A stretch of 64,000 bases of DNA from Octopus vulgaris (taxonomy: Eukaryota). The DNA lies in assembly GCA_951406725.2 (NCBI GenBank), contig OX597815.1, positions 1,612,001 through 1,676,000 of the forward strand, given 5' to 3'. Positions 1-12,329 of the stretch are shown here, piece by piece; the first letter of the stretch is position 1, and each line of letters begins with the position of its first letter. The notes beneath the pieces were generated by a model. The model ran no database searches. It saw only the letters and a list, made by a program, of their open reading frames with translations, and was not told the origin of the DNA. The position numbers and the translations under genes are program-made.

Positions 1-735
1 CAATGGAAGTGGAAAGTGTGGGGCAAATTCACACCACCAAGAATAAGTAGGGTTGTAGACATATTGAGGGAAACTAAGAGTTAGAAATTATGGGAGTTGG
101 GTTAAAAAGAAAATTTATAAAGGGATATAGTGATTTCTCCAGTTCATATCACAGTTGTGGCATGTAAAAAGCACCCACTAGACTCTCGGAGTGGTTGGCA
201 TTAGGAAGGGCATCCAGCTGTAGAAACTTTGCCAGATCATGACTGGAGCCTGGTGCAGCCATCTGGTTCGCCAGCCCTCAGTCAAAATCGTCCAACCCAT
301 GCTAGCATGGAAAGAGGACGTTAAACGATGATGATGGTGATGATGAGTCAGTATTGATCCCTGGGGTGTGGGTCTATGTGGCTACCCAAACGGTCTTGAG
401 CATTAAGGGTGCTGAATTATCAGCGAATTAAATCTAGAAGAATGTGAGTAATTTAAAGCAAAAACTCTCTAATTTCTGACCAAATATCGATGCAATATTA
501 ATTAATATTCCCCAAACATATATTTCACACTTAAATATTTCAACTTTATAATAATAGGACTGAATTTTTATTACGGAGTGGGAGCGCTAAGCAGTTTTAT
601 TAGCAGTTCATCTTATTACCGTTCCAAACGTGCCACAAGCGTATTTGAACTGGTAAATAACACTGCATAAATGTTTTATTGTTCTTCACCAATTGAAGAA
701 TTTTCATTAAATTTCTTTGACTATTTCTTATTTAA

Positions 736-954
736 CCCTTTAGTATTTAAACCGGCCATATCCAGCCAAAGTGGTTAATCTGTTTTATGTTCAAACTGAC
801 CAGATCCAGGCTCTCACACCTACCCTACAATGTTATTCTACATTAAGTAATTACACCATCAAGATCTTGAAGATATGAGATAATGCATGATTAATTCAAA
901 TCAATGTGAATCAATTAGCATTATGTTTGATAGAATAATCTGAACACTAAAGGG
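736..954. mobile_element. piggyBac-type MITE
   Basis: TTAA|CCCTTTAG ... CTAAAGGG|TTAA termini. Homologous copies at 2923-3143 and ~21400-21625. Confidence 0.75.
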
Positions 955-1213
955 TTAAAAGTGGTTAATGACCCAAGAGACCCAAAGATGTTAGCTTTTA
1001 AGTCAACACTTTTTTTTTAATAATATTATCTTTTATCTATTACTTGTTTCAGTCTTTAGACTGTGGCCATGCCTTGAAAAAATTTAGTCAAAGGAATTGG
1101 CCCCAATATTTAATGTTTTTTAATCCTGTTACTTATTCAATCAACCACTTTTGCCAAACTGCTAAATTATGGGGATGTAAACAATGATGAGGGACAGACA
1201 AAGCCACACACAC

Positions 1214-1269
<56 letters not shown>

Positions 1270-1297
1270 GTATGTATGTATATACCCACATAATGTA

Positions 1298-2016
1298 TTG
1301 GGTCATCCCATAAATAATGCGTTTTTTTTATACTGCTATTATTTTTCAAAATTAAGATAAAGTTCATTTTTAATCTAAAATATACTCTCCTTCATTTTCT
1401 ACAATGCTCTTCCATCTATCTTGTTGACTTGCAAGGCCCCTCTTCCAAAATTCACTTGTCCATGATGAAAAATACTCCTCCAGTACTGTTCTGACCTCAT
1501 TTACAGAATCCATATCTTTTCGGTCTAAATGATTTTGAAGACTGCAGAATAAATGATAATCAGATGGAGCAATGTCCAGCGAATATGATGATGGGGCATT
1601 GTTTCTCATTCAAACTTCTCCTACCTTTGGAATGTCATCCTTGCTGTATGTGGCTAAGCTTTATCCTGATGGAAGAACATCTTTCGTCTTGAAACCAAAG
1701 ATGGTCGTTTTTCTTCTAGTGCTGACTTAAGCCGCTCAAGATGTTCACAGTAGATCTCCTTTTTTTATTGTTTGGTTGGGTTTAAAAGTTCAAAGTGGAC
1801 TAAACCTTTCATATCCTACTAAAACAGGTAACAACACCTTATGTGGGTATAGACCTTCTTCAGCCTGGGGTGTCAGTGTTTCTCCTTTTCCTACCCACTG
1901 TCTTCGGCCCTTGACATTTTTATAGAGGACCCATTTCTCATCACCAGTCACTATTCAGTCCAAAAAAGGTTCATTCATGAGACGTGACAGCAAAGAACAT
2001 ACATTCACTCTTTGCA
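1298..2016 (-). mobile_element. Truncated, degenerate mariner (DD34D) transposon
   Basis: Minus-strand motifs IVTGDEKWVLY (~1921-1954) and YSLDIAPSDYHLF (ORF 1370..1609). Probable terminus TA+TTGGGTCATCCCATAAAT at 1296-1315. Stops and frameshifts present; cut at ~2017 by another element. Confidence 0.85.
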
Positions 2017-2018
2017 CT

Positions 2019-2381
2019 CAGACTTCATCAGGTGTCTTGGGGAAATTTCGAACCTGGGTTCTCATTCCTAAGGTATTTTTCGATGTTATTATTACACCAT
2101 ATGCCCACGGACATATGGCATAGTTGTTAAGAGCATGGGCTACTAACCCCAAGATTCCGAGTTCAATTATAGGCAGTGACCTGAATAATAATAATAATAT
2201 TAAAAAATACCTTAGGAATGAGAACCGAGGTTCGAAATTTCCCCAAGACACCTGAAGAAGGCTGGAGGATATGTCAGCTGAAACATTGTGTTAATAACAA
2301 ATAAGATGAGGACAAATATCCGTCAAATGTAAATAATGTAGATAATGTACATAATTCCTCATCACTTAAATATAGAACTGT
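2019..2381. mobile_element. Composite repeat: tRNA-like head flanked by inverted Penelope-LTR-like arms carrying a hammerhead-like core
   Basis: 2023-2080 is the reverse complement of 2203-2260. tRNA-like A/B-box segment at ~2109-2180. CTGAAGA..GGCTG/CAGCT..GAAA motif at 2252-2283. Second copy at ~37400-38083. Confidence 0.6.
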
Positions 2382-2855
2382 ATGATGCAATTGTTTGGCC
2401 TCTTAGAAATAAAGACCAGCTCTACCTTGAATCACATTCTGTTGTTTTAAGAAGAGAAGGACTTGCTGAATAGTATAGTTCTAGAAACACTGACAAAAAT
2501 ATGGAAAAGTTGCAGCCAAAAGGTTTTCGGTGGTGCAACAGTCACTAGCAACGGAACTTATAGGAGGGGCAATATTTCCTCTTACTTGCTGGGCCAATCC
2601 GGTTGTTAAACCTTGATCAGTAGAATTCCCTGTTGTTGTCATCATTGTTTTATGTCCACTGTACCACACTGGCATGGGTTGGGTGGATACTATAGTGTCT
2701 TGCCATGTGCTACAGTCCTTCATCTCACATCAATAGAGAAAACTGTTAACATTTGTTGGTGAATGCCCTCTTTTATTGTCACTTTTGACCATTTTATAAC
2801 ATTGGCTGGGTGTATTTTATTTTCCACCAATACAAGAGAGGTTTGTCTGGCAGGA

Positions 2856-3774
2856 TTAAACCTTTAGGTACCATTCTGCCTGCGCTCTTGGTTCTTTGAT
2901 TCAAACTTGCCTCCTGGCTTAGCCCTTTAGCACTCAAACCAGCCATGTCCCGCCAAAATATTCTACCTTTTTTTAAGTTCAAACTGACCAAATCCAGCCT
3001 CTCACACCTACACTACAATGCCATTGTGAAAATGAACAATCACATTGTCAAAATCTTGAAGCTGTGAGAGAATGCATGATTACTTAAAAACAATATGAGT
3101 AAATGAGCAGAATATTTGACAGAGAAATCAGAATTCTAAAGGGTTAAAGGAATTTAAATTAAAACCTTCCATTTCATGTTGATTTATTATTCCAAACATC
3201 AGATTTTTTAATTTTTTACTCTATCTAGTTTCAGCTCACGAGCTGTGGCCATGCTGGGGCACCGCCATTTGGTGTTGTTACATGATTTTACTTCACGAAT
3301 GCTTTTTAGCCATTGACATTTGGTGCATGAGAGAGTTTGATGCAGCTACCCTTATCTGCACCTCTTGCCGTGAAGTTGGTTCATCTGGGACACCTGACAG
3401 GAAGAGGTCCAGCTTTATTTTGAAGACACCTGCATCCACCCCATGCAGGTCTCTCTGGTCCTTTGGGAGGATATTGAAGAGCTGTGGACCTCTGAAGCCC
3501 AGGCTATCACAGTATCTTGTCCTACATCTTGATGGCAAATTTGGAGTACTTGGCACTATGCAGTGGTGCCCAGTTCTAGTATTTGTGTAACTCTCGATGC
3601 CAAAGTTTGGGACAAGTCCTTCCAGGATCTTCCAGATGTATATTATGGCATATCTTTCTCGCCTACGCTCCAAGGATTATGATAAAGTTGCTTTACTAAA
3701 TTCTACCTTATTTTCAAAATTAATTGAAATAAAGGAAGAGTGCTTCACCAGGATTAGAGTAACAAAAGGGTTAA
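2856..3774. mobile_element. TTAA-flanked element hosting a nested piggyBac-type MITE (2923-3143) and a LINE fragment
   Basis: TTAAACCTTT at 2856 and AAAGGGTTAA at 3765-3774. The inner MITE matches 736-954. Confidence 0.5.
3215..3673 (-). mobile_element. 5'-truncated CR1/L2/Jockey-group LINE 3' end
   Basis: ORF 3293..3673 (ERRRERYAIIYIWKILEGLVPN...GPQLFNILP...FKIKLDLFL) is a typical post-RT C-terminus. It is followed by the tail GGCGGTGCCCCAGCATGGCCACAG...CTGAAAC. Confidence 0.75.
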
Positions 3775-4087
3775 AATGGTTCATCTACCTGATGTGAGCT
3801 TTTAATCCCAGTTTCCTTGCTTGGTGGCACCTTATAGAATCTCTTGTGGTGTAAATAGAGATGGCAGGCTTTAAGTTCAAGCGATATATTCCATATTTAG
3901 GATTTATTTAGATGCAGGCGTGGCTGTGTGGTTTTAGAAGTTTCTGTCTTGACCATGTGGTTTTGAATTCAATCTCATTGTGTGGCACTTTGGGTGAGTA
4001 TTTAATACTGTAGCTCTGGGCTGACTAAAGCCTTCTGAATGGTAGACAGGAACTGAAAGAAGCCCATCATGTCTGCTATATCCATCC

Positions 4088-4118
<31 letters not shown>

Positions 4119-6294
4119 TAAATATACATGGCAGTGGTGAGAAGTTAGCTTCCCAACCATATGGTCCTGGGTTCTGTCCCTCTGTATGGCAGCTTGGAAA
4201 AGTGTTTTATACTATAGCCTTGGGCTGACCAAAACTCTGTGAGTTGATATGGTCAATAGAATCTGAATGAAGCCCAATGCGTGTATATGTGTGTGTGTGT
4301 GTGACAGAGTGGCTAACTGGCTTCCATGCCAGTGAACCATAAATGTCACCATTCGAGTGTGATCGTTACCAGCGTCGCCTTACTGGCACTTGTGCATGTG
4401 CTAGTAGGGTGCCAAGAACACCATCTGAGTGTGATTGTTGCCAGAGCAGCCAACTGGCTTCTGTGCTGGTGGCACGTAAAAGAGCACCATTCAAGCGTGA
4501 TCGTTACCAATGTCGCCTTGCACCTATGCTGGTGGCATGTGTAAAAGGATTCGAGCAAGGTCATTGCCAGTACTGCTTGACTGGCACGTAAAAAGCACCC
4601 ACTACTCTCTCGGAGTGGTTGGCGTTAGGAAGGGCATCCAGCTGTAGAAACTCTGCCAGATTAGACTGGAGCCTGGTGCAGCCTCTTGGCTTCCCTGACC
4701 CTGGTCGAACCGTCCAACCCATGCTAGCATGGAAAACGGACGTTAAACGATGATGATAGTGATAGTGATATATATATGAATCTCTGTGTGTGTTTGTGTT
4801 TCCCCCCATCCACGCACCACTTGACAATTGGTATTGGTTTGTTTACACTTGCATGTCCTAGTGGTTCAGCAAAAGAGACTGATAGAATAAGTACCCAGTT
4901 TAAAAAAAAATTCCTGGGTTGATTTGTTTGACTAAAAACTCTTCAAGGTGCTGCCCCAGCATGGCCGCAGTCGAATGATTGAAACAAGCGAAAGATAAAA
5001 GGTGCTCGTTATTGTCTTCTTGTTTTAACATCATGTAAACGAGCATCACCATCCTATAAGCAGTGTCCTTCATCTCCAATCCTCCATGAAAATATTCCTG
5101 GCCTTGGGAAAATGTTACCCTACCTGGAAACAGGTGTGATTTAGTGAACGAAAGGGCCTCCAGTTGTGCAACAATTAGCCTCAATGTATTTTGTCCAATT
5201 TTGCAAGCATGGAAAAGTGGATGTTAAAATGATGATGATGATGATGCTCGACCTGTCCAGTATTGCTGTTACATTTTGGTCCACAAAGCTTCCTCTCGTC
5301 CAGTTTTACCATACAGAATAATTCTTTATTCTATAAGCACAATTTTGGTGGGGAGGGGTCAAGTGGATCACATCAACCTCACTACTCAATTCGGTACTTA
5401 TTTTATCAGCCCTAAAATGATGAGAGGTATGGTTGACCTCAGCAACATTTGAACTCACAATGTCAAAAACAGACAAAGCGCTGTGAAGCTGTTTGCCAGC
5501 TTGGTTCCTCATCATCATCCAGACACCAGGGGTTCTCAGCCATTCTTTGCCGAGGGACCCCTTTCCTTCATATTTTACTTTGCTCTACACCTAAACTATT
5601 TCAAGTTTTCAAAATCCTATTATATTTGTATTCTTTTACTTGTTTCAGTCATTTGACTGTGGCCATGCTGGAGCACCACATTTAGTTGAACAAATCAAAC
5701 CCCCAGAACTTATTCTTTGTAAGCCTAGTACTTATTCTATCAATCTCTTTTGCCAAACCTCTAAGTTACGGGGGATGTAAACACACCAACATTGCTTGTC
5801 AAGCAATGGTGGGGTGGCAAACAGACACAAATGCATATATATACATATATATATATATATATCATCATCATATATATATTAAGCAAGATATAAGTTAGAG
5901 GTTAGGTAACCATCTAAGAGATAGACATATCCATAGTACACCTGGTGTATTACCTCACTATGTATAGTCCTAGTTATAAGGTGTATGGTAGTAGGTAATT
6001 TAAAGGTAAGACTGTGGTTTTAGTATATAAAAAAAGATAAGTAATGGAGCAATAATTAACAATGCAAAGTGGATCATTGGTGTTTAAATGTCATTGTTTG
6101 TTTGGAACCATTTACAGGTGTTTCTGTTTATCAGATCAGAGTAAATATGCATTTACCTCATTACGTTTAATAAACATCTTCAGAATGATTAGAAGGAAAA
6201 AAAGGCAAAGAAAAAGAAAAAAAACGTTTGTTAAATGACTTTTAAACACTAATGATCCACTTCTCATTGTTAATTATTGCTCCATTTCTTCTCT

Positions 6295-6379
<85 letters not shown>

Positions 6380-9300
6380 GCACACACATACACATATATG
6401 CGATGGGCTTCTTTCAGTTTCTGTCTACTAATTCCACTCACAAGGCTTTGGTCAGCCTGAGGCTATAGTAGAAGACACTTGCCCAAGGTGCCATGCAATG
6501 GGACAGAACCCGGAACCATGTGGTTGAAAAGCAAGTTTCTTATTTCTTTACTACCCACAAGGGGCTACACACAGTAGACAAACAAGGACAGACAAAGGGA
6601 TTAAGTCTATTACATCGACCCCAGTGCATAACTGGTACTTAGTTTATCGACCCTGAAAGGATGAAAGGCAAAGTCAACCTCGGTGGAATTTGAACTCAGA
6701 ACGTAACGGCAGGCGAAATACCACAAAGCATTTCGCCCGGCATTCTAACGTTTCTGCCAGCTCGCCACCTTCTTACCACACAGCCACTCTTATGCCTTGT
6801 GATTAAATATTATTAGGAATTGTATTTGAAAAAATTATTAAAATATTTTGTGTATTTTCGAAGTATAAGCAATTTATTGCGAATCTTATATGAACCCTTA
6901 AGGGCCATATGAACCCTTGTTGAGAGCCACTGATCTATCGAACTAACTCCAGTCATAACTATGTAAATCGTTTCAGAATCGTCTTTATGATGATGTCTGA
7001 TTTGCTCACAGACATCTTCAGTCTCAGAATCTTTACAAAAGGTCATTTACTTTGACCTTTGACCTCTGATTAAACCAAAAAAAAAAAAAAAAAAAAAAAA
7101 GATGTGAATAAAAGCAATGAAACTTCCTTGAAGCCTATACAGAAGAATTTTGTAGAGCTATAAATTAATTATATGGAAGACAGATAACGGAAGATTAATA
7201 AATGAGTCAAAAACAGAAATATAAACAACTGAATGAGGTAGAGCCAATAGGTTCCAATGTGGAATTTGACAGTAAATAGTCTGCAGGAAGAACTCTTTGC
7301 CTTTCGATTGTGCAATTAAATAGTTGGATATGAGAGCTCCGTCCAACCCATGCTAGCATGGAAAACAGGCGTTAAACAATGATGATGATGATGATGATAG
7401 TGTTAATCCATTTTTAAATGAAAGATATTGGCACAGACAAGGTCACTTTTAATTACATATGATAATTATTGATGTAATTATGTATGTGAGAGTTTAGTCA
7501 TGGCTTACATCTCTAACGATCTCAATTAAACTTTAAAAGTTATTAAAATATATTCTATCATTTTTAATTAAGTAGCGGTTTGTCATTCATTCATTATTAT
7601 TATTATTATTGAGTGAGAGAGCAGTGCATGCCATCAAAGTGACACTGGAGTAAAATATACGAAGCCCAGTATACCCATCATGACTACCCGTCTGATAAGG
7701 GTACACTAGGCACATGCAGCACATGATCTTGTAGGCAGGGCCCAGTTAGGATTTTCTTGTCGAGTAACCCATCCCGCTCAAAAGGTCCCTGAATAAGGGT
7801 TGTTTAAGGATGTTGAACGAAGCACCCATGTTTCCAGCGGTGAGTTATTCAAATCCCAAAGGATCCCTCTCAACACATGGCTATGATGCTCCTCCACTGC
7901 TTCTGCTCATAATCAGAGATGCACATATCGTCAGCCACTAAGAGACATGCTCAACTGGTTACAGTCTATTATTATTATTAATATGTTTGCATGCTGGGGA
8001 AAATGCTTGGCAGTGTTTCTTTTGACTCTTTATGTTCTGGGTTCAAATGCAGCTGGAATTGACTTTTTCTCTCATCCTTTCAAGGTCGATAAAATAAGTA
8101 CCAGTTGAGTATTGGGGTTGATGTAATCAACTTACGCCCTCCCCTGAAATTACTGGCCTTGTGCCAAAATTTGAAATTATTTTTTCCTCTCCATGCATCC
8201 AGCATTCCTGCTGCAGTTGTAGTAACCAATCTTCAGATCTCAGTTCTTCAATATTTGTTTTGAAAGCATCCTGACCAAAACTCTTTTGAAGATCGTGCAT
8301 CTACTTTAGTTTCTTTTAAAACTGTCCTGATTAAAGCCATGCTGGAACAAGCATTCCAAATTATCTGTCAAATTCTTTATAAATAATTCTGTTTTATATC
8401 AAATGAAATAATTCCAAATTTTCTACTCTATACTTTCGTTTCTTGCCAATTCCACATCAGAACCTATTCTGATTCCATGTGAATCCTTTGTTTTTTTTTC
8501 CTGTATTTTTTTGTTGTTTTATCATAACAGACTTGCACGGGTCACATCCCTACTTCCCAACATAGTCACCGTTTCTCTCAATAGCAATGTTCCACCTTCA
8601 AATGAGAGCACGTATTCCTGCCCCGTAAAATTCTGTTGCCTGTTCTTTGAGAGACTTCTTCACTACAGTTTTCACTTCCTCATCACTGGAATAGTGTCTG
8701 CCTCTGAAACCCTCCCTCATGGGGCCAAAGACATGATAGTCCAGTGATGATGATGATACTGCCTCTTTTGACTAATTCCACTTGAAGTAGGAAGAAAACC
8801 TCAATATTCAAGAATTCTCAGGGGTCACTTGTCCAGTGTATGAACTAGTGGGGCTGGATTAGAAACCTTGAGGTTGGGAAACAAACTCCTTAGCCATACA
8901 CCCTTGTTTGCACCTCATCTTAAGGGGATTTTTCTCTCCTCTCCTCTTGTTGGCTTCAGTAGGTTTTACTGCTTCCATTCACATTTTTATGGCTTAATCG
9001 GAGGTCAAAGGTCGTTTTGTGTGATCTTTTGTAGAGACTGACCCTAAAGACACCAGTCAAGAGCAATGAGACTTGGTCTGAATATTTCACTACAGAATGG
9101 GCGCTACTTAGTCACCAAGGATGATCCGGGTGGTCACTCAAGAACAGATGCACTTCCATGGATTGTCTTGACCCAGATTCAGTGACGACAAGTATTGGCT
9201 TGACCTGAGCCTGTGATTTAAGACATTTGTCCATCACACTGTAAGGTCAAACCTTGATCAGATTATTGTGGACTTCTCAACAACACTGGATCATTCCTTC

Positions 9301-9699
9301 GTGCTGTGCATTAAACCACACAGGCCACACCTGTGCGTTGCTTACTGAACCCACGTTTACCTGTACTTGTCATATTGTTTGTTTTTTAGGCCAGCTGGAG
9401 CACTATAAGTGGTAGAAATAATTTAATCCTTCCAGATGGCAAATAGTTTAAAGAATGGCTTCATAGGCAGTCTTGTTAAGAAACTCTTTCAGACCATTGT
9501 TGTTTTGGTTGAAGCTAAGTTCAATGTCTTAGAGAAGAGAAAAGTAGGGATCGATGTTATTTAGCTCCAGATCAACCACGGTTGAGTAGCGTTACGTTCA
9601 GAAATGTTCTAGCTGCCAACATTCAGTCGTTGTAACTGCCACTATTGCAGTAACCATTTTCAAGGTCACAATTCTTCAATATTATTTCTGAACATAAAA

Positions 9700-10440
9700 C
9701 GGTGAGCTGGCAGAATCGTTAGCACGCCAGGCGAAATGCTTCGCGGTATTTCGTCTGCAGCGACGTTCTGAGTTCAAATTCCGCTGAGGTCGACTTTGCC
9801 TTTCATCCTTTCGGGGTTGATTAAATAAGTACCAGTTATGCACTAGGGTCGATATAATTGACTTAATCCGTTTGTTTGTCCCCTCTGTGTTTAGCTCCTT
9901 GTGGGTAGTAAAGAAATAGGTATTTCGTCCATCATTATGTTTCTGAGTTCAAATTCCACTGAGGTCGACTTTGCCTTTCATCCTTTCGGGGTCGATTAAA
10001 TAAGTACCAGTTATACACTAGGGTCGATATAATCGACTTAATCCGTTTGTTTGTCCCCTCTGTGTTTAGCTCCTTGTGGGTAGTAAAGAAATAGGTATTT
10101 CGTCTGCAGCGACGTTCTGAGTTCAAATTCCGCCGAGGTCGACTTTGCCTTTCATCCTTTCGGGGTCGATTAAATAAGTACCAGTTATGCACTAGGGTCG
10201 ATATAATCGACTTAATCCGTTTGTTTGTCCCCTCTGTGTTTAGCTCCTTGTGGGTAGTAAAGAAATAGGTATTTCATCCATCATTATGTTTCTGAGTTCA
10301 AATTCCACTGAGGTCGACTTTGCCTTTCATCCTTTCGGGGTTGATAAAATAAATACCAGTTGAGCACTGGGGTCGATGTAATCGACTTAGCCCTTCCCCA
10401 AAATTGCTGGCCTTGTGCCAAATATTTGAAACCTATATTA
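9700..10440 (+). repeat. SINE family B with ~180-bp head-to-tail internal amplification (about 4 units)
   Basis: TTCTGAGTTCAAATTCC..GAGGTCGACTTTGCC..GTAAAGAAATAGG recurs at ~9766, 9941, 10115 and 10290, with units alternating between two variants. Confidence 0.85.
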
Positions 10441-11543
10441 TTTCTGAACATCAAACGCGACAATATTGGAAGAAGTCAGAAGGAACGTTTTTTGCTTTCA
10501 CATTTTTTTCTCCTTTCTTTTCTTTTCTGACTTCCTGATCTTCTTTCTTTCAAATTATGTTCGTTGCAATATCAGACAGTGTAGTTAATGTTTCCATCTG
10601 TAAAATTGTCAATACTCCGTACATTTAGTACAGACTCCTCCAAGAAATAATCTTGTTTGACTGAACACGACGACATTCAGGTCTGTGAATATTCTTGGCA
10701 CCGTGCGTTCTTTGGATTCTTATGTGGTGCGAAGGAATCGCCTGACCATACATATTCCAGTCAAGACCATCTCGGGTTTTTTTTTTATATATTTCTAGGA
10801 CTAAATAATCTGATGAACGGAATGGTGATGGGGAGTTGAGGGAAATTTGGCTGCTATTTTGAGAGAATTTAGTGGCTGCTAAGTAGAAGCTCTTTCTTTA
10901 GTTCCTTGAATCAAAATCGTTATAGTAAAGCGTCCACGTCTTGGGTGGTTTATTTCTGTGGCCACCTCGTCTGCTCGCCATTTGGAAGTTCGAATAAATA
11001 TTATAATTAGACTTTTTCATTTTGATCAATTTATTCGAATTCGTTATATAAAATATCGGTTTCCAATTTTGGCACAAGGCCAGCAAATTCGGGGGAGGGA
11101 GTCGATATAATCGACTCCAGTGCTTAACTGTCACTTATTTTATCAACCCTTAAACGTAAAGCCGGACGAAACGCCGCTGAACATTTTGTCCGGCATGTTG
11201 ACAATTATTTTGATGATGACAAGAGGAAGATAATGAAAGTGAAATAGTTCCAAGGGACGTAACAATGCCATTTGGCAGGGAAGAGTTATGCGTACATGTG
11301 CACCAAGTGATGAGTGTGGGTATGTATGTATTTAGTATATTATAGACACCATTGTGCGTCTTTCGTTTATTTACCCGTGTCATTGGACGACAGAGGGGCT
11401 GAGGCACACAGCCTTGAAGGGTTTTATTGTTGAACTAATAGACCCAGTACTCTTTTCCTTTTTTTTTTATCTTCTCCTTTTGCCAAACCGTTAAGTTAAG
11501 ACAAAGAAATCAACATCTGTTGTCAAGCGGTGGAGAGGGACAA

Positions 11544-11593
<50 letters not shown>

Positions 11594-11991
11594 GGTAAGA
11601 AGCTTGCTTCCCAACCACATGGTTCTGGGTTCGGTAACCATGTGTAGCACATTGGATGGATGTCTCCTACAATAGGTCTGGGATGACTAAAGCCTCGTGA
11701 GTGTTTTTTTTTTTTTTGTTGATGGAAACTGAAAGAAGCCTGTCGTGTGTGTGTGTGTATCTATATATATATAGGTTATGAGAGGTAATGGTGGTGTCAT
11801 TGAGACCCAAAGTTGTCAGGTAATGCTGAATAAATGCTGTAGACAGACCATCGTTAAGTTCAGGTTCGGTGATTTTGCGATTAAGGGGTTCAACTTTGGT
11901 CATATGTCTGTGTGTATATAAAATTTTTTTCGTAATGAGATAAAAAAAAAAACCAAGGCTGTGTAGATATTAGAACAGTTATAGATAGAAG

Positions 11992-12039
11992 GTCTTACAG
12001 CTGTTTCCAGGATATTTATTATATCCCTTCATCAGAGAC
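11992..12039 (-). ncRNA. Minimal type-I hammerhead ribozyme motif (Penelope-associated)
   Basis: Minus strand reads GTCT-CTGATGA-AG-GGATAT-AATAA-ATATCC-TG-GAAA-CAGCTG-TA-AGAC: stem I GTCT/AGAC, stem II GGATAT/ATATCC, palindromic stem III, UA cleavage site. Confidence 0.6.
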
Positions 12040-12329
12040 AGTGTGAGAGGATAGGGCAGAGGGTAAAGACCTTCAGTTACAAATAACCATGGGATTGCAC
12101 CTAGGAAGTTCCCCCTTCAAAGCACAAGTCCGGGCAAAGTTGTTTATGGAAGACCAGCTGTCACCCATGCATACCAGCCTACCCTCTCCACACCACCGAT
12201 GTTATCCAAGGAAAAGGCAAAGGGGCCGATACAGCTTGGCACCAATGACATCACATCTCATTTCTGCAGCTGAGTGATCTGAAGCAACATAAAATAAAGT
12301 GTCTTGCCTAAGAACACAACACACACCCT

